Shown here piece by piece: positions 40,900 to 50,041 of a stretch of DNA of 64,000 nt (the stretch's first letter is position 1; each line of letters begins with the position of its first letter). Where the stretch lies: positions 55,497 to 119,496 of the forward strand of contig NZ_JBKBQY010000001.1 of assembly GCF_046292185.1 (NCBI RefSeq), read 5' to 3'. Made by a program: the position numbers and the translations under genes. The notes under the pieces are model-generated. The model saw nothing but the letters and a program-made list of their open reading frames with translations. It made no database searches and was not told where the DNA came from. Origin of the DNA: Yoonia sp. Its GTDB lineage: Bacteria > Pseudomonadota > Alphaproteobacteria > Rhodobacterales > Rhodobacteraceae.

Positions 40900-42867
40900 C
40901 TATTCAGCCGCCTTTCGCCGAGGGTCTGCCAAAGTTACAATGTCGCACATGATCTTGTTCAATTCAAAGTCCTTGGGCGTATAGACTTTTGCGACTCCCA
41001 TGGCGCGTAGCGCAATAGCGTCATCATCAGGGATAATTCCGCCTGCCACGACCGGAATATAACTTAGCCCGGCCGTCTGCAGTTTTGCCATGACATCGCG
41101 CACCAGCGGGATATGTGAACCGGATAGAATCGACAGGCCGATCACATGCGCGCCGCTATCGCGGGCTGAGGCGATGATTTCATCCGGTGTCAGCCGGATC
41201 CCTTCATAAGCAATTTCCATTCCGCAGTCGCGTGCGCGTGCGGCGATCTGTTCGGCACCATTGGAATGGCCATCCAGCCCCGGTTTGCCGACCAGAAACT
41301 TCAGCCTGCGTCCCAGCGCAGTACTGACCTGATTGACCTGTTCGCGCAGATCGTCCAGCCCTTCGGTCCGGTTGGAGGGGTTCGCGCTGACGCCTGTGGG
41401 CGCGCGATACTGGCCGAAAACGGCGCGGATCACATCGGCCCATTCACCTGTGGTCACGCCCGCACGGGCGCAGGCGATGGACGGGATCATGATGTTGGTC
41501 TCGCTGCGCGCTGCGTCGCGCAGGGCGGCCAATGCCTCGCGGACGGCAGCAGGATCGCGGGTCGCCTTCCATGACGCAAGGCGCTGCAACTGGTCGGCCT
41601 CGGCCTCGGGATCGGCGGCCATGATCGCATCGTCGCCAGCCGTCAGCGGGGACGGCTCCCCCGCCTGCCATTTATTCACACCAACCACCGTGGTCGTGCC
41701 GCTTTCAATCCCGGCGATCCGGGCAGCATTGCTTTCGACCAGCCGCGATTTCATATAACCGATGGCTTTGACCGCCCCGCCCATTCCGTCGATCTGGGCA
41801 AGTTCAGCGCGCGTGCCTTCTTTCAGTTCATTCACCTTGCGGTCAATGGCGGGATTGCCGTCAAAAAGATCATCGAATTCCAGAAGATCAGTTTCATACG
41901 CCAGGATTTGCTGCATCCGCAGCGACCATTGCTGGTCCCACGGGCGGGGCAGGCCCAGGGCTTCGTTCCAGGCGGGCAATTGCACGGCGCGGGCGCGGGC
42001 GTTCTTCGACAGGGTCACGGCCAGCGTTTCCAGCAAAATACGATAGACGTTGTTCTCAGGCTGTTGTTCGGTCAGACCCAGTGAATTGACCTGAACGCCA
42101 TAACGGAAACGACGGTATTTCGCGTCAGCCACGCAATAGCGGTTCGCGCAGATTTCATCCCATAATTCCACAAAGGCGCGCATTTTGCACAATTCTGTTA
42201 CGAAACGGATACCCGCATTCACAAAGAATGAAATGCGCCCGACCATTTCGGGGAAATGCTCCGCCGGGACTTTCCCGCGCAGATCGTCCAGCACGGCGGT
42301 GGCGGTCGCCAAGGCAAAGGCCAATTCTTCTTCCGGTGTCGCGCCCGCCTCTTGCAGGTGATAGGAACAGACATTCATCGGGTTCCATTTCGGCAGATGT
42401 TCGCGTGTATAGGCCGCGACATCTGTGATCATCCGCAAACTGGGTTCCGGCGGGCAGATATACGTGCCGCGCGACAGATATTCCTTGATGATATCGTTCT
42501 GTACCGTGCCTTGCAGCGCGCTGACATCGGCACCCTGTTCCTCGGCCACCGCGATATAGAGCGCGAGCAACCAGGGCGCGGTCGCGTTGATCGTCATCGA
42601 AGTGTTCATCTGGTCCAGCGGGATATCGGCAAACAACATCCGCATGTCCCCCAGATGCGCGACCGGCACACCAACCTTGCCCACCTCACCCTTGGCTAGA
42701 ATGTGGTCGCTGTCATAGCCTGTCTGTGTCGGCAGATCGAAAGCGACCGACAGACCTGTCTGCCCTTTCGCCAGATTGCCACGATAAAGCGCGTTCGACG
42801 CCGCAGCGGTGGAATGCCCGGCATAGGTGCGGAACAGCCAGGGGCGGTCTTTTTGCATCGGCGACAT
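40900..42867 (-). CDS. ecm: Ethylmalonyl-CoA mutase (fused B12-dependent acyl-CoA mutase)
   Basis: ORF trimmed to ATG 42865-42867 with GGAGAG RBS. Mutase barrel (RPWLFRTYAGHS...) plus C-terminal B12 domain with GLDGHSNG (DxHxxG). Assigned as ecm by proximity to ccr. Confidence 0.8.
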   Translation of the reverse strand: MSPMQKDRPWLFRTYAGHSTAAASNALYRGNLAKGQTGLSVAFDLPTQTGYDSDHILAKGEVGKVGVPVAHLGDMRMLFADIPLDQMNTSMTINATAPWLLALYIAVAEEQGADVSALQGTVQNDIIKEYLSRGTYICPPEPSLRMITDVAAYTREHLPKWNPMNVCSYHLQEAGATPEEELAFALATATAVLDDLRGKVPAEHFPEMVGRISFFVNAGIRFVTELCKMRAFVELWDEICANRYCVADAKYRRFRYGVQVNSLGLTEQQPENNVYRILLETLAVTLSKNARARAVQLPAWNEALGLPRPWDQQWSLRMQQILAYETDLLEFDDLFDGNPAIDRKVNELKEGTRAELAQIDGMGGAVKAIGYMKSRLVESNAARIAGIESGTTTVVGVNKWQAGEPSPLTAGDDAIMAADPEAEADQLQRLASWKATRDPAAVREALAALRDAARSETNIMIPSIACARAGVTTGEWADVIRAVFGQYRAPTGVSANPSNRTEGLDDLREQVNQVSTALGRRLKFLVGKPGLDGHSNGAEQIAARARDCGMEIAYEGIRLTPDEIIASARDSGAHVIGLSILSGSHIPLVRDVMAKLQTAGLSYIPVVAGGIIPDDDAIALRAMGVAKVYTPKDFELNKIMCDIVTLADPRRKAAE

Positions 42868-42888
42868 GGGTCTCTCCTGAATCAGGGA

Positions 42889-42905
42889 GCGTAATTTAAT
42901 TACGC
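42889..42905. promoter_or_regulatory. Perfect 17-bp palindrome GCGTAATT-T-AATTACGC, 21 nt upstream of the ecm start codon
   Basis: Read directly. In the divergent ecm / acyltransferase intergenic region. Confidence 0.45.
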
Positions 42906-43002
42906 CGTAGGTCATTTATCGGACATTTTGTGGCGCTGTCAATTCGCTGCATTGCGGCATGACGGGATTTACCTTGCGCCGGAAGCCTGTCACTTTCGCG
43001 CC

Positions 43003-44400
43003 ATGTCGCAAACCATAACCCTGCCGGTCTGGGCCTTTGTGTTGATTGTCCTGTTCGCGGGGGTGACTTTCGCGTCGCATTTCCTTTTCCCCTCTGTCCG
43101 CTGGTTTTTCCGCAAACGGGCCGAAAGGGTAATCGCGCGGGTCAACAAGAAGCTGCAGCGCCCGATAGAACCGTTCAAGCTCGCCCGCCGCTATGACATG
43201 ATCCAGCGGCTGATCTATGATCCGCAGGTGACGCAGGCGATCGTGGACCATGCGCGGCGCAACAACGTCCCTGAAAACGTGGCCTTTGAAAAAGCCCGCC
43301 ATTATGCGCGCGAAATCGTACCCTCCTTTTCGGCCACCGCGTATTTCAGCATCGGCATCAGGCTGGCGCGGTGGCTGTCGAAATCGCTTTACCGCATTCA
43401 GCTTGGCACGCTGGACCGCAGACGCATGGCAGAGATTGATCCCGACGCCGCCGTCGTCTTTGTCATCAATCACCGCAGCAACATGGACTACGTGTTGGTG
43501 ACCTATTTGGCATCCAATGCCGGGGCCTTGTCCTATGCAGTGGGAGAATGGGCGCGAATCTGGCCGCTGTCGCCGATCATCAGGGCGATGGGTGCTTATT
43601 TCATCCGGCGGCAATCGCGCGGCGCGCTCTATCGACGGGTGTTGTCACGCTACGTGCAGATGGCGACGCGCGGCGGCGTGACGCAAGCCGTCTTCCCCGA
43701 AGGCGGGCTGACGCTGGATGGTAAACTGGCGGCCCCGCGCACCGGATTGCTGAATTATATCATCGAGGATTTCGATCCTGCGCAGCGCGAGGTGATCTTT
43801 GTCCCCGTCGCGCTGAATTATGACCGCGTGCTGGAAGACACGATCCTGATCGCCGCAGGAAAGTCCGGCACGCGCCGGTTTCGCCCGCCGCTCTGGCGCT
43901 TGTTACGCAGGCTCGGCAAACATTTATGGCTCCGCCTGACCGGGCGGTTTCAGCGCTATGGCACCGCCTCGGTCAGTTTCGGCGAACCGTTGGAATTGTC
44001 GAAATTCGTATCCACCGGCACCCCGGACCTGACGCAGAAAGTCGCCCTGACATTGATGCAGCGTATCGCAGATGTGACGCCGGTGACCGGAGTGCCGCTG
44101 GTGGCGCGGCATTTGCTGAGCGCAGGTGACATTTCACAAGACGCGCTGATCGCCGCAGTCGCGCAATCTATGCAGCAATTGCAGGACAAACACGTGCCAC
44201 GCCCCCGCCGCACGGCCGAGACTTTGGTCCCAGACGTTCTGGCACGGCTGGAGGCGCGCCGCCTGATTTCCCTGCAAGGTGGGGCAATCACCGTGACTGG
44301 GATCGGAACCCCCATCCTGACCTATTACGCCAATTCGATTGCCCATCATCTTGACATCGTTGCAGAGCCACTGCCTGTTTCTGCATCGCAGCAGACATAA
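43003..44400 (+). CDS. PlsB-like glycerol-3-phosphate / lysophospholipid acyltransferase
   Basis: ORF trimmed to ATG 43003. N-terminal TM and H(X)4D acyltransferase motif in VINHRSNMDYVLV. Confidence 0.75.
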   Translation: MSQTITLPVWAFVLIVLFAGVTFASHFLFPSVRWFFRKRAERVIARVNKKLQRPIEPFKLARRYDMIQRLIYDPQVTQAIVDHARRNNVPENVAFEKARHYAREIVPSFSATAYFSIGIRLARWLSKSLYRIQLGTLDRRRMAEIDPDAAVVFVINHRSNMDYVLVTYLASNAGALSYAVGEWARIWPLSPIIRAMGAYFIRRQSRGALYRRVLSRYVQMATRGGVTQAVFPEGGLTLDGKLAAPRTGLLNYIIEDFDPAQREVIFVPVALNYDRVLEDTILIAAGKSGTRRFRPPLWRLLRRLGKHLWLRLTGRFQRYGTASVSFGEPLELSKFVSTGTPDLTQKVALTLMQRIADVTPVTGVPLVARHLLSAGDISQDALIAAVAQSMQQLQDKHVPRPRRTAETLVPDVLARLEARRLISLQGGAITVTGIGTPILTYYANSIAHHLDIVAEPLPVSASQQT

Positions 44401-44427
44401 AATTACAAAATATAGACCACTGGTGTT

Positions 44428-44437
44428 GCAATATTGC
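44428..44437. promoter_or_regulatory. 10-bp palindrome GCAATATTGC 80 nt upstream of ccr
   Basis: Read directly. Equals the mcl2 palindrome with the central 3 bp removed (shares GCAATATT and ATTGCG). Confidence 0.3.
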
Positions 44438-44517
44438 GTGATGCTTCGTATCAATCCATAAAGCGTGGCGATTCTGCACTGCGGCGCGAAACTGGATTGA
44501 TTGCGATGGAGACGGAA

Positions 44518-45813
44518 ATGGCCCTTGATCTCACCACTGGTGAAGCTGCCTATGCGGCAGAACGTAAAGACCTTTACGCGATGGGCGAAATGCCCCCCCT
44601 GGGCCATGTGCCTGCACAGATGCACGCTTGGACGATCCGGCGTGAACGGCATGGTGAGCCCGAGAAAGCGTTCCAGCTAGAGGTCGTTGAAACCCCCGCG
44701 ATTGACTCAGGTGAGGTACTGGTCCTCGTCATGGCGGCTGGTGTGAATTACAACGGCGTCTGGGCCGGTCTGGGCGAACCGATCAGCCCCTTTGACGGCC
44801 ATGGTGCCGCCTATCACATCGCCGGGTCAGATGCGGCGGGTATCGTCTGGGCCGTGGGTGACAAGGTCAAGCGCTGGAAAGTCGGCGATGAGGTCGTGAT
44901 CCATTGCAATCAGGACGATGGCGATGACGAGGAATGCAACGGCGGCGATCCGATGTATTCGCCCAGCCAGCGGATCTGGGGTTATGAAACCCCTGACGGA
45001 TCCTTCGCGCAATTCACCCGGGTGCAGGCGCAGCAATTGATGCCGCGTCCGCAGCATCTGACCTGGGAAGAAAGCGCATGCTATACGCTGACCCTCGCCA
45101 CTGCCTATCGCATGCTGTTCGGCCATGAACCGCATGATCTGAAACCGGGGCAGAATGTACTGGTCTGGGGTGCCTCGGGTGGGCTGGGGTCTTATGCGAT
45201 CCAGTTGATCAATACCGCTGGTGCCAATGCGATTGGCGTGATCAGCGACGAAAGCAAGCGTGAATTTGTGATGTCGCTGGGCGCGAAAGGCGTGATCAAC
45301 CGCAATGATTTTTCATGCTGGGGGCAATTGCCCAAGGTGAACACCGCCGAATACAACACCTGGCTGAAAGAGGCGCGCCGTTTCGGCAAGGCGATCTGGG
45401 ACATCACCGGCAAGGGCAAGAATGTTGATATGGTGTTCGAACACCCGGGCGAGGCGACGTTCCCGGTATCATCGCTGGTCTGCAAAAAAGGCGGCATGGT
45501 CGTGATCTGCGCAGGCACCACCGGGTTCAACTGCACCTTCGACGTCCGTTACATGTGGATGCACCAGAAACGGTTGCAGGGCAGCCACTTTGCCCATCTC
45601 AAACAGGCGAGCGCGGCCAATAACCTGATGGTCGAACGCCGGTTGGACCCTTGCATGTCGGAATGTTTCACCTGGGCTGAAATCCCGCTCGCCCATACCA
45701 AGATGCGCCGCAACGAACATAAGCCCGGCAATATGGCCGTGCTGGTGCAGGCACCGGCGATGGGTCTGCGGACCTTCGCCGACACGATCGAAGCGTCACG
45801 GGAGGGACGCTGA
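44518..45813 (+). CDS. ccr: Crotonyl-CoA carboxylase/reductase
   Basis: ORF trimmed to ATG 44518. MALDL...KDLYAMGEMPPLGHVPAQMHAWTIRRERHGEP matches the Ccr N-terminus as I recall it. MDR fold with GASGGLGSYAIQ. Confidence 0.88.
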   Translation: MALDLTTGEAAYAAERKDLYAMGEMPPLGHVPAQMHAWTIRRERHGEPEKAFQLEVVETPAIDSGEVLVLVMAAGVNYNGVWAGLGEPISPFDGHGAAYHIAGSDAAGIVWAVGDKVKRWKVGDEVVIHCNQDDGDDEECNGGDPMYSPSQRIWGYETPDGSFAQFTRVQAQQLMPRPQHLTWEESACYTLTLATAYRMLFGHEPHDLKPGQNVLVWGASGGLGSYAIQLINTAGANAIGVISDESKREFVMSLGAKGVINRNDFSCWGQLPKVNTAEYNTWLKEARRFGKAIWDITGKGKNVDMVFEHPGEATFPVSSLVCKKGGMVVICAGTTGFNCTFDVRYMWMHQKRLQGSHFAHLKQASAANNLMVERRLDPCMSECFTWAEIPLAHTKMRRNEHKPGNMAVLVQAPAMGLRTFADTIEASREGR

Positions 45814-46013
45814 GATCACCCAAGGCGCGCCATTGCCACCGGGTGGTGGCGCGCGAGAGGGCTGGATGCGCGCCGCGCGGGAGTATTTCGAGCAAAGCGA
45901 GCCGAACCGCCCCGCGGGGAAGGTTTTTGTATATTCCCCGCAGTGAAGTTTTTTCGCAGCAGTTAGCGATAAGGCGGTGGTGACGGCTGGCGGGCGCGGA
46001 TAATGTCGCCGCT

Positions 46014-47540
46014 ATGAATGCACCCGTGATCACCTTTTCCGAAGATCAGGCCGAAGCCTGGGATAATGTCGCCACTGCCCTGCGGCAGGCCGGTGTCGAT
46101 CTGGACGACAGCCTGCTGCAACCGCCGCAAAGTGATGCGTCATCTGTGCTGGCTGTCATTGGCAAGGCCGGGTCGGGCAAGACCATGTTACTGGCGGCAC
46201 TGTATAAGGCGCTGGCCGAGGCGGGTGTCGATATCGTCTCGGGTGATTGGGAAGGGCGCAAGCGCAAGGACCGGCGCACGCTGGCGATTCTCGCGCCGAC
46301 GAACAAAGCCGCCAGCGTGCTGCGCAACCGCGGGGTGCCTGCGACGACGATCCACCGGATTCTTTATACCCCGGTCTATGACCCTGAATATGAAAAGATC
46401 GCCGAATGGCTAGCGGGTCAGGGCGAGCGGCCCGAGATTGAAGGTCTGACCGAAATCGCATTGGACCGCGCCTGGGCTTCATATCAGATTAACACGTCAG
46501 TGCCTGCGGCGCTGGCGGCGGCGGGTCTGCGTGGCAGCGATTTTATCACCGGCTGGAAACGGCGCGAAGAACCGCTGGACATCGGGTTTGTCGACGAGAG
46601 TTCCATGCTGGATGCTAAGCAATTCGACGATCTGAAAGAGATTTTTCCGACCCTTTTGCTGTTCGGCGATCCGGCGCAATTGCCGCCGGTGCAATCCAGC
46701 GGGGGAATGGTTTTTGAAACCTTGCCCAAAAACCGGGTCCTGACGCTGAGCCGGATTCACCGGCAGGATGCCGATAACCCGATCCTTGATCTGGCCCATG
46801 CCCTTGCCGACCCGATGATCGATTTCTATGCCTTTGAACGCTTGGTGGCCGAAGCCGCCGCGCGCGACGATCGCGTCGTCATTGCGCAGCGGGTCGAAGC
46901 CGATCTGATGGCGCGGTCGCCCTGTCTGGTCTGGCGCAATGCGACGCGGATCAAGCTGATCCATGCCTTCCGCTCTGCCTTCAGCGCACCTGTCGATGCG
47001 CTGCTGCCGGGTGAGCCGCTGATCTGTGACGGGATCGAACTGCCGTTGAAACACCGCAAGAAACGGCTGGATCTGGAGGCGCGTGGGCTGATCAAGGGCG
47101 CGCAGGTCATCTACCTTGGCCCCGGCAAGAAACCCGGTTTTTCGCGGCTGCATGTGATGGGGGCCGAAGACCCCCGCATTTCTGCCGCCAGTATCGTCAA
47201 GATCGAACTCGAAGGCGATGCCGAACCGTTCATCCCCTTTGCCGCGCGGATGGGCGCGACCTTTCTGCATGGCGCGGCGGTCACCATCCACAAGGCGCAG
47301 GGGTCGCAATGGGACACGGTGCAGGTCTTTGCCCCCGATATCGAGATCGCCAGCCGCATGGGGCGGATGGAGGCGGGGCAGCCGTTGTGGAAACGCCTTG
47401 CTTATGTTGCGATCACACGGGCGGAAACGCAATTGCGCTGGGTCGTGCGTAACCGGCTGGCGCGGCCGGAACTGGCGCTTGGCGTCGATGATCTGGAGGT
47501 GCCGGTGTCGACATTGGAACTGAAAGCGGAGGACATATGA
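46014..47540 (+). CDS. SF1 (RecD/Pif1/Dda-like) DNA helicase
   Basis: 508 aa. Walker A GKAGSGKT, Ia APTNKAA, II VDESSM, III GDPAQLPPV, V/VI TIHKAQGSQWD and YVAITRA. Confidence 0.85.
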   Translation: MNAPVITFSEDQAEAWDNVATALRQAGVDLDDSLLQPPQSDASSVLAVIGKAGSGKTMLLAALYKALAEAGVDIVSGDWEGRKRKDRRTLAILAPTNKAASVLRNRGVPATTIHRILYTPVYDPEYEKIAEWLAGQGERPEIEGLTEIALDRAWASYQINTSVPAALAAAGLRGSDFITGWKRREEPLDIGFVDESSMLDAKQFDDLKEIFPTLLLFGDPAQLPPVQSSGGMVFETLPKNRVLTLSRIHRQDADNPILDLAHALADPMIDFYAFERLVAEAAARDDRVVIAQRVEADLMARSPCLVWRNATRIKLIHAFRSAFSAPVDALLPGEPLICDGIELPLKHRKKRLDLEARGLIKGAQVIYLGPGKKPGFSRLHVMGAEDPRISAASIVKIELEGDAEPFIPFAARMGATFLHGAAVTIHKAQGSQWDTVQVFAPDIEIASRMGRMEAGQPLWKRLAYVAITRAETQLRWVVRNRLARPELALGVDDLEVPVSTLELKAEDI

Positions 47541-48247
47541 AAACCATCATCATCACCGGCGCCAGCGCCGGGATCGGGCGGGCCACCGCGCTGCATTTTC
47601 TGGACAATGGCTGGCGTGTCGGCCTGATTGCGCGGCGGCCAGAGGTTCTGGTTGAAATGGCGCATCCCAACGCGGTGCCTTTGCCTTGCGACGTGACCGA
47701 TGAAAAGTCGGTCGATGCTGCCTTTGCCACATTCGGCCATCTGGATGTGTTGTTCAACAACGCGGGCATGTTTGGCCCCCAGACGACGATTGACGAGATC
47801 GCGCTGGATGACTGGCGCGCGGTGCTGGATGTGAATCTGACGGGGATGTTCCTGTGCGCGCGTGCCGCGTTTCGCCAGATGCGGCATCAGACACCGATGG
47901 GTGGGCGGATCGTCAACAACGGATCAATATCGGCGCATACGCCGCGCGAAGGGTCAATTTGCTATACCACCACCAAACATGGCGTGTCCGGTCTGACCAA
48001 GACGCTGTCGCTGGATGGCCGTGCCTTTGATATCGCCTGCGGGCAGATTGATATCGGCAATGCGCGTACCGATCTGGTGCAGGGGCTGGAACTGAAACGC
48101 GAAGCCGAAGGATTGCCGCCGCTGCCCACCATGGCGGTGGAAGATGTGGCGCGGGCGGTATTCCACATGGCGTCCTTGCCGCCAGAGGCGAATGTGCAAA
48201 GCATGATGGTGATGGCATCCAAGATGCCCCATATCGGACGCGGCTAA
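47537..48247 (+). CDS. SDR-family oxidoreductase
   Basis: 236 aa. TGASAGIGRA cofactor motif and YxxxK (YTTTKHG). ATGA overlap with the helicase stop. Confidence 0.9.
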   Translation: MKTIIITGASAGIGRATALHFLDNGWRVGLIARRPEVLVEMAHPNAVPLPCDVTDEKSVDAAFATFGHLDVLFNNAGMFGPQTTIDEIALDDWRAVLDVNLTGMFLCARAAFRQMRHQTPMGGRIVNNGSISAHTPREGSICYTTTKHGVSGLTKTLSLDGRAFDIACGQIDIGNARTDLVQGLELKREAEGLPPLPTMAVEDVARAVFHMASLPPEANVQSMMVMASKMPHIGRG

Positions 48248-48996
48248 CGGCGTATCATGCCAAAGACGGCGGAGGCGAGCCAGCCCGCACCGGCCGCGAT
48301 GGCCAGCGACATCAGCCCATAAAGAAACGCCTGATTATGTGCGAGGTTGTAAAGCCAGCGTTCCAGCCCGACCTTGGCGACCGGGATCGCTGTTTCGTAA
48401 TCGTCGATCACCACCCCGTCGCGTGTCAGATAGATATGGGCAGTATACTCGCCCTCTGTCAGTGTCGCAGGCAGCGAAATGGCGGTGCGGAACAAGGTGT
48501 CCTGATCCAGCTGCACGGCCCCTTCCAGCATCTGATACAAGTTTTGGTCGGTCTTGATCCGGATCAGCGCTTCGGTAAAGGCCGCGCTGTCGGGCACGGT
48601 GGCACCGACCGCACGGATCGCGCGGGGGATGGTGATGCGGTTGCGCAGATCTTCGACGTCGCGCAGCACCTCTGAGATCGGGTCGGTGGTGGCGACGGCG
48701 TAAAACGACGGGGCGGCGCTGACATCGACGGCGTCGGTATTGACCCAGATCCCCATGCGGCGGGCCTTGCGCCGCACGGTCACCGGTTCATCCGGGCCGG
48801 CGATCGTTACGATGACACCAAGATTGCTGTCCTGCGGGGCGGGGGCATCGCGGCTGACCGCGCCGAAGACGATGATGTCCGAGCCCTGGAATGTCACGGT
48901 AATCGCCACCGCATCGCGGCTGAGGCCCAGCACGATTTCTTCGGCCTTGGCGGGCAGGGCAAGCAGCAGCAAAAGCGCAATGAGCCGGACCATCAT
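48244..48996 (-). CDS. TIGR02186-like (Alph_Pro_TM) exported protein with a C-terminal TM anchor
   Basis: 250 aa. Signal peptide MMVRLIALLLLLALPAKA and C-terminal TM LMSLAIAAGAGWLASAVFGMI. Coupled to the upstream TauE gene. Confidence 0.65.
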   Translation of the reverse strand: MMVRLIALLLLLALPAKAEEIVLGLSRDAVAITVTFQGSDIIVFGAVSRDAPAPQDSNLGVIVTIAGPDEPVTVRRKARRMGIWVNTDAVDVSAAPSFYAVATTDPISEVLRDVEDLRNRITIPRAIRAVGATVPDSAAFTEALIRIKTDQNLYQMLEGAVQLDQDTLFRTAISLPATLTEGEYTAHIYLTRDGVVIDDYETAIPVAKVGLERWLYNLAHNQAFLYGLMSLAIAAGAGWLASAVFGMIRR

Positions 48997-49907
48997 GCCC
49001 CCCTCACGCCAAGGGAATAAAGTTCGGACGGCATCAACAGCAGATCGAACGCCAGTTTGCCGCAGACCAGAAGCACCAGAAGCGCCAGCAGGATGCGCAA
49101 TTGTTCCGCTTTCATCCTGAGGCCGATACGCGTGCCCACCTGCGCCCCGATTACGCCGCCGATCAGCAAGAGCAGCGCCAGCAAGACATCAACCGTCTGG
49201 TTTGTCGTGGCATGCAGCATCGTGGTAAAGGCAGCGACAAAGATTACCTGCAACAAGGAGGTGCCGATCACCACTTTGGTCGGCATTCCCAGAATGTAGA
49301 TCATCGCAGGCACCATGATGAAACCGCCGCCGACCCCCATGATCGCTGCCAATATTCCCACCAGCACGCCCACCAGGATCGGTGGAATGACCGAGATATA
49401 AAGACCGGACACACGAAATTTCATCTTGAACGGCAGCGCATGGACCCAATTGTGCTTGCGCCGCACGGGCAGGGCACCGGGTTTGCTGGCCCGTCTGATC
49501 GCGCGCAGGCTTTCGACGAACATCAGCGCGCCGATGGCACCAAGAAAGATGACATAGCAAAGCTGTACGAGCAGATCGACCTGCCCTTGGGCACGCAGGT
49601 AGTTGAAAATCACGATCCCGATGGCTGACCCGATCAACCCGCCGACCAGCAGCACGCCGCCCATCACCAGATCGACGGTCTTGCGCTTGAAATGCGCCAG
49701 CACGCCAGAGATGGACGCTGCAACGATCTGATTGGTACTGGTGGCCACGGCCACCGCAGGCGGGATGCCGATGAAGAACAGCAATGGTGTGATCAGAAAG
49801 CCGCCACCGACGCCGAACATTCCGGACAGCACGCCGACCATGCCGCCCAACCCCAAAAGCAGGAAGGCATTGACCGACACCTCGGCGATAGGCAGGTAAA
49901 TGATCAT
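48993..49907 (-). CDS. TauE/SafE (DUF81) family membrane protein
   Basis: ORF 48993..49943 trimmed to ATG 49905-49907 (MIIYLPIAEVSVNAFLLL...). 8 TM. ATGA overlap with the downstream gene. Confidence 0.8.
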   Translation of the reverse strand: MIIYLPIAEVSVNAFLLLGLGGMVGVLSGMFGVGGGFLITPLLFFIGIPPAVAVATSTNQIVAASISGVLAHFKRKTVDLVMGGVLLVGGLIGSAIGIVIFNYLRAQGQVDLLVQLCYVIFLGAIGALMFVESLRAIRRASKPGALPVRRKHNWVHALPFKMKFRVSGLYISVIPPILVGVLVGILAAIMGVGGGFIMVPAMIYILGMPTKVVIGTSLLQVIFVAAFTTMLHATTNQTVDVLLALLLLIGGVIGAQVGTRIGLRMKAEQLRILLALLVLLVCGKLAFDLLLMPSELYSLGVRGA

Positions 49908-50041
49908 TGAACGGTCCGGGACAGAGGGCCAGTAAAAGGACAAAGCACCTTATCGGCGCCGGTGTCAAATCCTGACGCCGCCGCAGCAGTGCAAACGCAG
50001 CATTTGCAACAAGTGGTGCTATTTCGGCGCTAAAACTGGAC

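Noticed and set aside
45825-45941. Two hairpins after ccr (GCGCGCCA...TGGCGCGC at 45825-45854 and GCGGGGAA-N12-TTCCCCGC at 45914-45941) as intrinsic terminators.
   Set aside because: Neither is directly followed by a T-tract. The nearest T6 run is 7 nt beyond the second stem, so I cannot support a terminator call.
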